This document shows, in pieces, positions 37,340 through 47,385 of a stretch of 64,000 nt of DNA. The DNA comes from Candidatus Micrarchaeota archaeon (GTDB taxonomy: Archaea > Micrarchaeota > Micrarchaeia > Anstonellales > Bilamarchaeaceae): positions 128,001 to 192,000 of the forward strand of contig JBDRCX010000002.1 of assembly GCA_043821365.1 (NCBI GenBank), read 5' to 3'. The notes under the pieces are model-generated. The model was not told where the DNA came from. It searched no databases and worked only from the letters and a program-made list of their open reading frames with translations. How positions within the stretch are numbered: the stretch's first letter is position 1; every line of letters begins with the position of its first letter. The position numbers and the translations under genes are program-made.

Positions 37340-38404
37340 ATGAAAGCAGTTTTGGCTTTGAAAGATGGTACTGTGATCCACGGATCTGGTTTTGGTGCAA
37401 AAACCGAAATGTTAGGAGAACTTGTTTTTAATACCTCTATGATGGGATATCAAGAAGCACTTACTGATCCAAGCTATGCTGGTCAGATATTGCTAATGAC
37501 CTATCCATTGATTGGGAATTATGGAACTAACAAAACAGATCAAGAAAGTAGTAAAATACATGCAAGTGGGTTTGCCATCCGTGAGATTAGTGAAGATTAT
37601 CAGCACAAAGACTCAGTAAAAAATATTGATTCTTTTTTGAAAGACCACAATGTTCCTGGAGTATGTGGGATTGATACAAGATTTCTTGTGAGGCATATTC
37701 GTGATAAAGGTGTAATGCCAGCAATTCTAGCAACGTCTGACAAAGAACTTGATGTACAAAGTTTAATTGAAAAAATGCAGAAATTTGATTACTCTTCAAT
37801 TGATTTTGTTTCTAAAACATCCACAAAATCAAAACAAATCTATGGTGAGGGAAACAAAAAAATTGCATTAATTGATTATGGAGTTAAGATGGGGATTGTT
37901 AAACAATTAATTGAAAGAGATTGCGAAGTTCATCTATTTCCTTGTACATCAACAGCAGATGAAATAAAATCAATAGAACCAGATGGGATCTTACTTTCTA
38001 ATGGGCCAGGTGATCCTGCAATTTTAAAATATGCTCACAAAACAATTAGAGAACTGGAAGGCTATAAACCAATTTTTGGGATTTGTCTAGGCCACCAACT
38101 TCTTGCACATGCATTTGGGGGAGACACCTATAAGTTGAAATTTGGTCATAGGGGAGCAAATCATGCAGTTATGGATGTCAAAACAAAAAGAACATACATA
38201 ACAACCCAGAATCATGGTTTTGCAGTCGGTAAAATTCCAGATGGATTTGAAGTGACTCAGATCAATGTTAATGATAAAAGTGTGGAAGGAATGCAAAACA
38301 ATTCAAAAAACATTTTTTCAGTACAATACCATCCTGAAGCATCTCCAGGCCCACACGATACGAGATTTCTCTTTGATGATTTTTTGAATTTGATCAAAAA
38401 ATAA
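37340..38404 (+). CDS. carA: Carbamoyl-phosphate synthase small subunit
   Basis: GELVFNT.MMGYQEALTDPSY, SNGPGDP, GICLGHQ, TQNHGF and QYHPEASPGP. Start placed at ATG 37340. Confidence 0.97.
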   Translation: MKAVLALKDGTVIHGSGFGAKTEMLGELVFNTSMMGYQEALTDPSYAGQILLMTYPLIGNYGTNKTDQESSKIHASGFAIREISEDYQHKDSVKNIDSFLKDHNVPGVCGIDTRFLVRHIRDKGVMPAILATSDKELDVQSLIEKMQKFDYSSIDFVSKTSTKSKQIYGEGNKKIALIDYGVKMGIVKQLIERDCEVHLFPCTSTADEIKSIEPDGILLSNGPGDPAILKYAHKTIRELEGYKPIFGICLGHQLLAHAFGGDTYKLKFGHRGANHAVMDVKTKRTYITTQNHGFAVGKIPDGFEVTQINVNDKSVEGMQNNSKNIFSVQYHPEASPGPHDTRFLFDDFLNLIKK

Positions 38405-38417
38405 TATTGGTGATAAA

Positions 38418-38861
38418 ATGACAGAAAAACCAGAAGGAAAAAAGGAAGATAACAATGTGAAATGTAGTTTTTGTGGAAATGATACTTTTTGCGATCAATG
38501 CAAAGCAGACTCTACAAAAGGAGATGGCATGGAACACGTTTGCTATGATTGTTACCAGGGTATGAAAGGGATATTACCAGACAATGTAAAAGACAAGACC
38601 CACGTTTGCATACCTCAAGAAAAAATAGCAGAAAGTTTCCAGAATTTTATCAATGATGTTACTGCAAAAGCATTTGCAGAACTTTGGAATGCTGAAAAGA
38701 AAAAATTAAAAGAAATGTCAAGACAGGAGCTTGCTGAAGCATCTTTCTTTGAAGGTGCACGTTTTATGTTTGACTTCATGCAAAGAATGTCGCAAGACCA
38801 GCAAAATAAACCAGCCGAAGAAAAACACGAACATAAACATGATGAAAATTGTAAACATTAA
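38418..38861 (+). CDS. Cys/His-rich hypothetical protein between carA and carB
   Basis: CSFC, CDQC, HVCYDC and HVC motifs; TAATG stop/start overlap with carB. Confidence 0.75.
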   Translation: MTEKPEGKKEDNNVKCSFCGNDTFCDQCKADSTKGDGMEHVCYDCYQGMKGILPDNVKDKTHVCIPQEKIAESFQNFINDVTAKAFAELWNAEKKKLKEMSRQELAEASFFEGARFMFDFMQRMSQDQQNKPAEEKHEHKHDENCKH

Positions 38862-41800
38862 TGGAGATATTAATGGTAAAAAAATCAAAAAAGGCCGCGT
38901 CAGAAGGGCAAAATTCTGACAAGATTTGCCAAAAAGTTGGCAAAGTACTTGTGATAGGTTCTGGACCGATTGTCATAGGCCAGTCTGCAGAATTTGATTA
39001 TTCTGGTACTCAGGCTTGCCGTGCACTTCGTGAGGAGGGCATACAAGTTGTTTTGGTTAATTCAAACCCTGCAACTATCCAGACTGACAAAGATACTGCA
39101 GATATTGTTTACATAGAACCATTAACTGTTTCTGTTTTGGAAAAAATAATTGAAAAAGAAAAACCAAATGCACTCATTGCAACAATGGGAGGGCAAACCG
39201 GGCTTAATCTTTCCATGGAGCTTATGAAAAAAGGCATTTTGGAAAAACACAATATCAAATTTCTTGGTACAAATTCGAATTCAATTGATGTTGCAGAATC
39301 TCGTGAACATTTCAATCGTTTAATGGAGAAAATAAATGTTCCAATTCTTCCTGGGCGTGTTACTACAGAAATATCTGATGCAAAAGAATTTGCAAATAAA
39401 AATGGCTATCCAGTTATAATTCGTCCATCATTTACATTGGGTGGAACAGGAGGAGGAACTGCATACAATGAACAAGAACTTGAAAAGATAATGGAACTTG
39501 CTCTTCAATTGAGTGCAACAAATGAAGCTCTTGTTGAAAAAAGTATAATTGGCTGGGGGGAATTTGAATATGAAGTGATTCGAGATTCCATTGGTAATTC
39601 CCAAATAATATGTAATATGGAGAACATCGATCCAATGGGCATACATACAGGTGAAAGTATTGTTGTTGCCCCATCACAAACATTAAGTGATGTTGATCAT
39701 CAGGTTCTGCGTAATGCATCACTAAGAATAGTAAATGCAATTGGTATTGAAGGTGGTTGCAATGTTCAGCTTGCTATGAACCAAGAGACTGGAGAGTATG
39801 TAGTCATAGAAGTGAATCCCCGACTTTCACGTTCTTCTGCACTTGCATCAAAAGCAACTGGCTATCCGATTGCCAGGGTTGCAACAAAAATAGCCCTTGG
39901 TTATTCATTGCCGGAGATAAAAAATGCAATAACTGGAACATCGGCAGCATTTGAACCTACTCTTGATTATGTTGTTATTAAAATTCCAAGATGGCCTTTT
40001 GATAAATTCCCTAAAACTTCACGCGTAATCGGAACACAGATGAAAAGTACTGGGGAAGTTATGGCAATAGGAAGAACATTTCAAGAGGCGCTGAACAAAG
40101 CTCTAAGAAGTTTGGAAATTAAAATACCAAAAAATATCAATCCTGCTGATCATCTTTTTCCAGCAACAGATCTTCGTATCTTTGCCCTTTTGGAAAGCTT
40201 TAGGCAAGGAAAATCATTGGACGAACTTCATAAAATAACAAAAATCAACAACTGGTTTCTAAGAAGAATAGAATCATTGGTTGTACTAGAAAATAAAATT
40301 AAATTAAACAAACTTACAAAAGAACTTCTACTGGAAGCAAAACATTATGGTTTTTCAGATCTTCAGATTGCACAACTAAAAAATACAAATGAACTTGAAA
40401 TAAGGAAACTCCGTAAATCATTTGCCATTCTTCCAACATACAAAATAGTTGATTCATGTGCAGGTGAATTCGAGGCTCTCACACCATATTATTACTCTGT
40501 TTATGAAGATGAGAATGAAGCAATTCCTCTAGATGGAAAAAAGGTTGTTGTTATTGGCTCTGGCCCAATAAGAATTGGTCAGGGCATTGAATTTGACTAT
40601 TGCTGTTCTCAAGCTGCATTTGCCCTACGTGATCTTGGGTATAAAAGTATTATGATAAACAATAATCCAGAAACAATAAGCACTGACTTTGATTCAAGCG
40701 ACCGTCTTTATTTTGAACCTCTGACTTTTGAAGATGTAATGAATATAATTGACAATGAGAAACCTCTTGGTGTTATTGTTCAGCTTGGAGGGCAGACAAG
40801 CATTAACCTTGCAGAAGCATTGGTAGATGCAGGGGTGCCATTGCTAGGCACCTCAATTTATGGTATTGATACTGCTTCTGATAGGGACAAGTTTAGGCAT
40901 CTTGCTCATAAATTAAAAATTCCACAACCACAAAATGATGTTGCTTCTAGCGAAGAACAAGCTCTTGTTGTTGCTTCTAAAATCGGATATCCTGTTGTTG
41001 TTCGTCCAAGCTATGTTATTGCTGGACGTGCAATGGAAATAGTTAGAAGTGATGAAGAACTTCGTCGTTACATAAATGAAGCTGTTGATGTTAGCCACGA
41101 ACGTCCTGTGCTTATTGATCGATATCTTGACAATGCAATTGAATGTGAAGTTGATGCAATTAGCGATGGAGAAGAAGTATTTATTGGGGGGTTAATGGAG
41201 CATGTTGAACCTGCAGGTATTCATTCTGGTGATGCAAACATAGTTATCCCATCAATACATCTTACTGATAGCGAGAAAAAAACAATCGTTAGATATACGG
41301 ATGAACTTTGCAAAGCACTCAAGATCATTGGCCTTGTAAATATCCAGTATGTAGTCAAAGACAAAGTAGTCTACATTCTTGAGGTCAATCCACGGGCAAG
41401 TCGTACTGTTCCTTTTGTAAGCAAGGCAATTGGCATACCAATGACAAAAATAGCAATTAGTACAATGTTGGGTAACAAACTTCCAAAATTAGCATTCACT
41501 ATGAATCATTTTGCAGTCAAAAGCATTGTATTTCCTTTTCTAAAACTCATCGGAACTGATATCAAACTAGGTCCAGAAATGCGTAGTACTGGGGAAACAA
41601 TGGGTATTGGTAAATCATTTGAAATGGCATATTTCAAGGCATTACTTGCTGCTGGTATTCGGTTACCTGAGAACAAAAAACACAGTGCCTTTATCAGTCT
41701 TAATGATGAAGATAAAAAACAAGTTCCAAAGCTTGTTTCTCTTTTGAAAAAACTCGATTTTACAATTTATGGTACCATGGGCACTGTTGGACAGGTTTCT

Positions 41801-42064
41801 GGTGCAATTCCAATTCCAAAAATGGGTGAAGGAAGTCCTGATGTTGTTGAACTTATAGAATCTGGAATAGTTGATCTTGTGATAAACACTCCAACAAAAG
41901 GAGGTGGAGCGCACACAGATGGGTTCAAGATGAGGAGAGCAAGCATACTAAGCAGTATACCATGTATTACAAATGTCAATACTGCTCATGAATTTTTAAA
42001 AGCACTAGTAGAATTACAGAAGAAAGAATTGGATATACGCAGAGTTGACAAGTATTCAAACTAG
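38861..42064 (+). CDS. carB: Carbamoyl-phosphate synthase large subunit
   Basis: GSGPIVIGQSAEFDYSG, two ATP-grasp halves (IEVNPRLSRSS, LEVNPRASRT) and a C-terminal MGS domain. Confidence 0.97.
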   Translation: MEILMVKKSKKAASEGQNSDKICQKVGKVLVIGSGPIVIGQSAEFDYSGTQACRALREEGIQVVLVNSNPATIQTDKDTADIVYIEPLTVSVLEKIIEKEKPNALIATMGGQTGLNLSMELMKKGILEKHNIKFLGTNSNSIDVAESREHFNRLMEKINVPILPGRVTTEISDAKEFANKNGYPVIIRPSFTLGGTGGGTAYNEQELEKIMELALQLSATNEALVEKSIIGWGEFEYEVIRDSIGNSQIICNMENIDPMGIHTGESIVVAPSQTLSDVDHQVLRNASLRIVNAIGIEGGCNVQLAMNQETGEYVVIEVNPRLSRSSALASKATGYPIARVATKIALGYSLPEIKNAITGTSAAFEPTLDYVVIKIPRWPFDKFPKTSRVIGTQMKSTGEVMAIGRTFQEALNKALRSLEIKIPKNINPADHLFPATDLRIFALLESFRQGKSLDELHKITKINNWFLRRIESLVVLENKIKLNKLTKELLLEAKHYGFSDLQIAQLKNTNELEIRKLRKSFAILPTYKIVDSCAGEFEALTPYYYSVYEDENEAIPLDGKKVVVIGSGPIRIGQGIEFDYCCSQAAFALRDLGYKSIMINNNPETISTDFDSSDRLYFEPLTFEDVMNIIDNEKPLGVIVQLGGQTSINLAEALVDAGVPLLGTSIYGIDTASDRDKFRHLAHKLKIPQPQNDVASSEEQALVVASKIGYPVVVRPSYVIAGRAMEIVRSDEELRRYINEAVDVSHERPVLIDRYLDNAIECEVDAISDGEEVFIGGLMEHVEPAGIHSGDANIVIPSIHLTDSEKKTIVRYTDELCKALKIIGLVNIQYVVKDKVVYILEVNPRASRTVPFVSKAIGIPMTKIAISTMLGNKLPKLAFTMNHFAVKSIVFPFLKLIGTDIKLGPEMRSTGETMGIGKSFEMAYFKALLAAGIRLPENKKHSAFISLNDEDKKQVPKLVSLLKKLDFTIYGTMGTVGQVSGAIPIPKMGEGSPDVVELIESGIVDLVINTPTKGGGAHTDGFKMRRASILSSIPCITNVNTAHEFLKALVELQKKELDIRRVDKYSN

Positions 42065-43212
42065 ATCCTAAAAAGAAGAAATAAAGTTGGGAGAATTATG
42101 GATCCCATTAGATTTGTTCTTTCAACTCCTATTTTCACAGTAAGCCAGCCTAATGTTGTTGATAAAATTAAAATCATAATTCCAGTCGTGCCATCTATGG
42201 CTACAGTTATCAAAATAAGATAGGCTGCAAGAAAAATATTTACTTTGGAAAAATCCAAAGATGATAGTTTTGCAATGTACTTTCTTAGTAAATAAATTCC
42301 AAAAACTGCGATACTTAAGCTGATTATAAATAAACAAGTCAAAAATACTAGATTCTCTTTTATGTTTATGGCTTCAGCAAGCCATACAACTGCACCAATT
42401 CTACTTTTACCAATAGAAATTGATGTTGCTAATGCAAAAATGGCTTGGCTTACGGATATTGAGCTTATTGTTGCTAAATAACCAAGTGTATTCATTGGTA
42501 TGAAAATAGTGGCAAAAACTGCAACTTGTGCAGGTGAACCTACTCCTGGTATTAAGTCTGCAAGCATGCCTAGCAAGCTTCCAATAAACACAAATAATAA
42601 AAAATCAAATTTTATTTCTTCTTCTTTTTGTTCAGGTATTTTACTTTTTCTATAATTTACTATTGCAGCCATTGCAAACATTCCAGAAAATAGCGGCAGG
42701 AAAGGATCAATCATGTCACTTTCAAAAGACAGTCTACCTAACAATCCTGAAAGCAAAAAAACAAAAAGCGAAAAATGCGGTTTTTTGGTTTTCAATAAAA
42801 GCAGAATCGATATCCCTAGTAAAATCCATCTCATGTGCTGTTTTATTATGCCATAAGTAAAAACAAAAAAATCCATTGAAAGATAAAGAAAGCTAATGGA
42901 AAGAAAAGCAGTAACTATTGATGAAAATAGTACAATTTTCAAGGCAGTGAGTCCTTTTCCTTCAACTACCATTCTTTGACCTGGTAAAATAGCAACAATA
43001 GTTCTGCTATCAGGTATTCCAAAGAATATTGAAGGTATAAATGCAGAGATTAAATTTGCTGGATAAAGTGAAATAATAATCAAGGCAAGTGTTCTACCAT
43101 CAAGTCCAAAATTTGACATTGCAGAAATTAACATATTCGGATGCAATCCTGGGAAAAACCCAGTAACAAAACCAAAAACTAGACCTATAATAAAAGATTC
43201 TATATCGCCCAT
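42061..43212 (-). CDS. Tripartite tricarboxylate transporter TctA-family permease (archaeal type)
   Basis: GFFPGLHPN, FIPSIFFGIP, ILPGQRM..G.G, PLFSGMF and IPGVG; polytopic membrane protein. Confidence 0.8.
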   Translation of the reverse strand: MGDIESFIIGLVFGFVTGFFPGLHPNMLISAMSNFGLDGRTLALIIISLYPANLISAFIPSIFFGIPDSRTIVAILPGQRMVVEGKGLTALKIVLFSSIVTAFLSISFLYLSMDFFVFTYGIIKQHMRWILLGISILLLLKTKKPHFSLFVFLLSGLLGRLSFESDMIDPFLPLFSGMFAMAAIVNYRKSKIPEQKEEEIKFDFLLFVFIGSLLGMLADLIPGVGSPAQVAVFATIFIPMNTLGYLATISSISVSQAIFALATSISIGKSRIGAVVWLAEAINIKENLVFLTCLFIISLSIAVFGIYLLRKYIAKLSSLDFSKVNIFLAAYLILITVAIDGTTGIMILILSTTLGWLTVKIGVERTNLMGSIILPTLFLLFRI

Positions 43213-43285
43213 TTATCCCCCAGCTGTTTGAGGTTATAGGGTATATAAACATTGGTTCTGGTTTGTAGTTGCACTACACATAAAA

Positions 43286-44590
43286 TCAGCCAATAGCCAC
43301 ATTCTTTATTCTTATATGTGGGCCACCATCACTTACTGGTGCTTCCTGCCCCATTTTTCCACAAATACCAGGGCTGGTTCCAAAATCATTACCTACAACT
43401 TCAACATCAAGCATGGTTTGGAGAATGTTACCAGAAATGGTTACGTCTCTTAAAATTTTTCCTTTTTCTCCATCTTTTATTTCATAAGCTTCAACTGCTT
43501 TGAACATAAACCCACCTGAAAAAATATCAACACTTCCACCTCGCATTCCTTTCAAATAAATTCCTTCTTTTACATCAAAAACATCAGAAACAGAGTTCTG
43601 TCCTTTTTGGAAATAAGTATTACCCATTCTTATTATTGGAACCTCTGAATATTCATCTGCTCGTGCATGTCCATTTAACTCTATTCCAAGTTCTTGTGCA
43701 GTTTCCATCGAGCTTAAGTATGTTTTGAGAATTCCATTCTCAATCAAAATTGCTGGCTTTGCCAATACTCCTTCATCGTCATATTTATAGCCGCCAAAAT
43801 CATTTGCCGTAGGGTCATCTATTATTGTTACTAATTCATTTGCTATTTTTTTGCCAAGTTTATCTGCAAGTATTGATTCCCTATCAACTATGGAGTCTGC
43901 TTCGCATGCATGTCCAACTGCTTCATGGCTAAATACACCCGTCATTTCAGGGTCAAGCACAACAGTGAATCTTCCTTTTGGCGGTGCTCCAGCATCTAGC
44001 AATCTGATTGCCTTATTCTTTGCCTCTTCTGCAGCTTTGTTTAGATCCATCTTACTAAAACCACTTCTTGACCAATCTCTTTCTGCTCCTCTTTGTATTT
44101 GCGTACCTTTTTTTGCAATTGCAGTGCATGAAGAATAATTATAACCAGTTTCCTGTATGATTTCACTTCCTTGAGAGTTATAGAATTCTTTTTTTGTATT
44201 ATATTCCGTAGAATAAACTGTTTTTGAAGTAACCAAATCATCATTCATGAATTTACTTGCTTCAAGAAGAAGTTTTACTTGCTGTTCACCGTCAATTACC
44301 CCAACTTTTTCTTTGATTGTTTTATTTTCAACTGGCGGGTTTTTGAGTTTGATTCTACCTTCTTTTAGCCTTGCAAGTTTCTGTGCATTTTCTAATAGTT
44401 TCTCTATGTCTTTCAATCTATTGCTTGATGCAAATCCCCATGATCCGTTTTCCAAAACCCGTACTCCAATTCCTTCTGAAAATCCACATGATTGTTTTAT
44501 TTCATCATCTTTTATACTAATAACAGAATCAGTATTTCTTTCGATTCTTACTTCTGCATACTGGTATTTAGCAAGTATTTTGTCATACAT
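43286..44590 (-). CDS. tldD: TldD/PmbA family metalloprotease (TldD-like)
   Basis: GIGVRV..NGSWGFAS, VFSHEAVGHACEAD, DDEGV, NGHAR, RMGNT and PGICGKMGQ..PVSDGGP. Confidence 0.93.
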   Translation of the reverse strand: MYDKILAKYQYAEVRIERNTDSVISIKDDEIKQSCGFSEGIGVRVLENGSWGFASSNRLKDIEKLLENAQKLARLKEGRIKLKNPPVENKTIKEKVGVIDGEQQVKLLLEASKFMNDDLVTSKTVYSTEYNTKKEFYNSQGSEIIQETGYNYSSCTAIAKKGTQIQRGAERDWSRSGFSKMDLNKAAEEAKNKAIRLLDAGAPPKGRFTVVLDPEMTGVFSHEAVGHACEADSIVDRESILADKLGKKIANELVTIIDDPTANDFGGYKYDDEGVLAKPAILIENGILKTYLSSMETAQELGIELNGHARADEYSEVPIIRMGNTYFQKGQNSVSDVFDVKEGIYLKGMRGGSVDIFSGGFMFKAVEAYEIKDGEKGKILRDVTISGNILQTMLDVEVVGNDFGTSPGICGKMGQEAPVSDGGPHIRIKNVAIG

Positions 44591-44600
44591 TTAATCAACT

Positions 44601-44924
44601 TTAGAGCAGGCCTTTTGCTTTTTGCGCATACTCAATTACTATTTTCTTTTGTTCTCTGTCCTTTACCATTCCACAGAAAATATAATTCTTTAAAGGTACC
44701 ATAACTAGAATTAGCCCCCCAAATGAAACTTCAATCTCTTTCTGTGTGTCATTCATCTTTTTCATCATTGCATCAGAAACATTGGCAACTGACGAAAGCA
44801 GTCCTGAACTAACATCATTAATTGCTATTGTTGATTGGATAACTACTCCGTCAACCTGTACTATTGCCCCCCCTATTCCTTTTTCTTTCATTTCATTTAG
44901 AAGTGTTTCAAGTTCAGCGCTCAT
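44601..44924 (-). CDS. Roadblock/LC7 domain protein
   Basis: GAIVQVDGVVIQS...LILVMVP; size and pattern of the MglB/roadblock fold. Confidence 0.75.
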   Translation of the reverse strand: MSAELETLLNEMKEKGIGGAIVQVDGVVIQSTIAINDVSSGLLSSVANVSDAMMKKMNDTQKEIEVSFGGLILVMVPLKNYIFCGMVKDREQKKIVIEYAQKAKGLL

Positions 44925-45634
44925 AATATCACAACCCCAGTTGGTCCAACTTTTATTGGTATTAGCATATCTAAGTCAGGGACTGTTAATGTAACTCGTC
45001 CACTGCTGTTGTCTGAAATCATATATACTGAGTCCATTCCTTGTAAAAGAAGGCTGATAGTTTGCTTGTCATGCACTCCTTCATCAACAAGGTAGATTGT
45101 TGTTGCGCCAACTCCCTTCAACCTACCTTCTATAAGGTTTAGGAATTTTCTTATTGAATCTTTTTGATTATATAATACGAAGGTGGAGAGGGTATCAAAA
45201 ATTATTCTAATTTTTTTACCTGTATTCTCTGCTATAACTTCGTTTATTGTGAGTGAAAGGTCATTCAAGGCACTTGGTCCACCGACAACTCTTATCTTTT
45301 CAGTTGGTTTGACCTCACTACTACCCAAGGTAACAGTGTAACAATCAATGAACTTAATGTTGTCTTTGTTTAGGTTAATCCCTATGCTGTTTGCCTTATC
45401 TTTAACATCATTGGGTGAATGGCCAGCGCAGATGATGTATGCGTTCTCTGTTTGTGGTGCAGCTGCTGCAAAATGATATGCTAGTGCATTTTTTTCAATA
45501 CCTCCTGGGCCCATCATCATCACATTCCCAGGATTTAAGTACCCACCTTCTACTATTATATCTAAATCTGGTATTCCACTGGATAGCCTATTATTTTTCA
45601 AAACAGGCATCTCTTCATTTACACCTAGGCTCAT
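44921..45634 (-). CDS. KaiC/RAD55-family RecA-like ATPase with degenerate Walker A
   Basis: SSGIPDLDIIVEGGY, GPGGIEKN (vs GxxGxGKT), FIDCY, ALNDLS and IIFDTLST. Confidence 0.8.
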   Translation of the reverse strand: MSLGVNEEMPVLKNNRLSSGIPDLDIIVEGGYLNPGNVMMMGPGGIEKNALAYHFAAAAPQTENAYIICAGHSPNDVKDKANSIGINLNKDNIKFIDCYTVTLGSSEVKPTEKIRVVGGPSALNDLSLTINEVIAENTGKKIRIIFDTLSTFVLYNQKDSIRKFLNLIEGRLKGVGATTIYLVDEGVHDKQTISLLLQGMDSVYMISDNSSGRVTLTVPDLDMLIPIKVGPTGVVIL

Positions 45635-45711
45635 GGTGTGAATTCGATTAGAAGGTTTTTAAATCTGAAGTAGTGGGATTAAATTGATAAAAAGAGAAAT
45701 AAAAAATAAAA

Positions 45712-46065
45712 TTAGCATGCATCGCTCTGGAATGTATCTCCAATTAATGTAGATACAATTATCGGAGCAATCATGTATATAAGTGCGCCTATAACTGCAC
45801 CAGTAAGCATGGCAGTTGCCCAAACAGAAGCTCTTGCTCTTGTTTCAGCACCCATAATCTGACCAATTGCATAAGTTGCACCTGCTAAGATAATCATCAA
45901 AAGTGCACCTATACCTAAGAATGTCTTTGCCATAGTACATAATGATGTCAGTGCGTTAGTTAGTTCCGTGTTTGCAAAGGCAACTGGTACCAAATTCAAC
46001 ATTAACACTATTATTATCAAGTATTTTCCTATCGTATTTATTCTATTAAGATGACTAATCATCAT
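45712..46065 (-). CDS. VirB2/TrbC-like pilin
   Basis: Signal peptide ending VAFA, then amphipathic helix, TM1, basic RARA loop and TM2 (GAVIGALIYMIAP), the layout of DPANN/CPR VirB2-like pilins; AGGTGA SD. Confidence 0.7.
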   Translation of the reverse strand: MMISHLNRINTIGKYLIIIVLMLNLVPVAFANTELTNALTSLCTMAKTFLGIGALLMIILAGATYAIGQIMGAETRARASVWATAMLTGAVIGALIYMIAPIIVSTLIGDTFQSDAC

Positions 46066-46132
46066 TTCACCTTGCAACTCATGTATAGGTTAATGTTTAA
46101 AAAGATTTATACTAGTGGTAATGTAGACTTTT

Positions 46133-46807
46133 ATGGTTGTTTTATCTATTATCGTGCCAGTTTATAATGAGAAATATAACGTTGCGTTATTGGCTAAATC
46201 GTTGTTAAATGTTTTTAAGAAGACTAAATTTGAAATTATATTTGTTGATGATTCTTCTCCTGATGGCACAGCAGATACTATCAGATCACTAAAGGGTTTT
46301 GGCAACAGGATAAAACTTGTTGAACGCTCTGGCAAACTTGGGTTGGCAACTGCAGTTGTTGAAGGAGTTAAGGCTGCAAAAGGCAAGTTGCTTTTGGTTA
46401 TGGATGGGGATCTATCTCATCCTCCAGAAATAGCATATAAATTATTTTTGGCAAGTAAAAACTATGATCTAGTTATAGCAAGTCGTAATGTTACTGGTAA
46501 AAGAACACACACTTCTCATAGGGATTTTATCTCAATGGGTGCAGAATCATTGTGCAGGCCATTAATAGGAAACAAATTCACTGATCCAATGAGTGGATTT
46601 TTCCTTGTTAAAAAAAATATAATATCACACACTAACATCCGTGTCAAAGGATACAAAATTCTTCTTAATCTACTGCATGATAATAAAGATCTTAAAGTTA
46701 AAGAACTTCCATATATTTTTGGTGCCAGGTATTCAGGAGAAACAAAATTGGATTTAAATGAGGGGCTGGCGTATCTTTTTGATCTGTTTAGATTAATTCT
46801 AAGATAG
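46133..46807 (+). CDS. Polyprenol/dolichol-phosphate mannosyltransferase (GT2)
   Basis: IIVPVYNE, VDDSSPDGT, VMDGDLSHPP, DPMSGFF and GETKL. Confidence 0.92.
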   Translation: MVVLSIIVPVYNEKYNVALLAKSLLNVFKKTKFEIIFVDDSSPDGTADTIRSLKGFGNRIKLVERSGKLGLATAVVEGVKAAKGKLLLVMDGDLSHPPEIAYKLFLASKNYDLVIASRNVTGKRTHTSHRDFISMGAESLCRPLIGNKFTDPMSGFFLVKKNIISHTNIRVKGYKILLNLLHDNKDLKVKELPYIFGARYSGETKLDLNEGLAYLFDLFRLILR

Positions 46808-46815
46808 GTGTTTTA

Positions 46816-47385
46816 TTGAATATTATATCCAAGATGTTTCTTGATGGCCGTCATGGTAAATCGATGTCACTAGTTAGTCATCTAAATCCCAAGACCATAC
46901 TAGATGTTGGTTGCGATGACGGGAGATTCCTAGTACGTTTATGCAAACAATTTCCATCGGCACAATTGTTTGGTTGTGACATCGATCAAAAGAGTATTCA
47001 TTCTGCATCCATTGCTTGTCTAAATTCTCATCTTTATTGTGGAGATTTTTTCAATTCAAAGTTCAAAAAAATGGACTTAATTACATTGTTGGAAGTTTTA
47101 GAACACCAAACAGATCCGGCAGTTATGCTTTCAAAGGCCAAATCATTATTAAAAAAAAATGGGAGAATTTTAGTAAGTATACCAAAATCTGAACTATGGT
47201 ATTGGCAAGTAATTTGGATCTTATGGTCGCACACCTTCGGGAGAAGATGGTTAGACCAACACAAAAACCTCACGCAATCACAATTAGTTAATATCGCTTT
47301 AAAATGTGGTTTGGAATTGGAAAGCAAATCAAGTTTCTTTTTTGGTTGCATATCAATTATGCTATTCGCACCAGTGATTAAATGA
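46816..47385 (+). CDS. Class I SAM-dependent methyltransferase
   Basis: ILDVGCDDG, GCDID, LLEVLEHQTDP and LKKNGRILVSIP. Confidence 0.88.
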   Translation: MNIISKMFLDGRHGKSMSLVSHLNPKTILDVGCDDGRFLVRLCKQFPSAQLFGCDIDQKSIHSASIACLNSHLYCGDFFNSKFKKMDLITLLEVLEHQTDPAVMLSKAKSLLKKNGRILVSIPKSELWYWQVIWILWSHTFGRRWLDQHKNLTQSQLVNIALKCGLELESKSSFFFGCISIMLFAPVIK

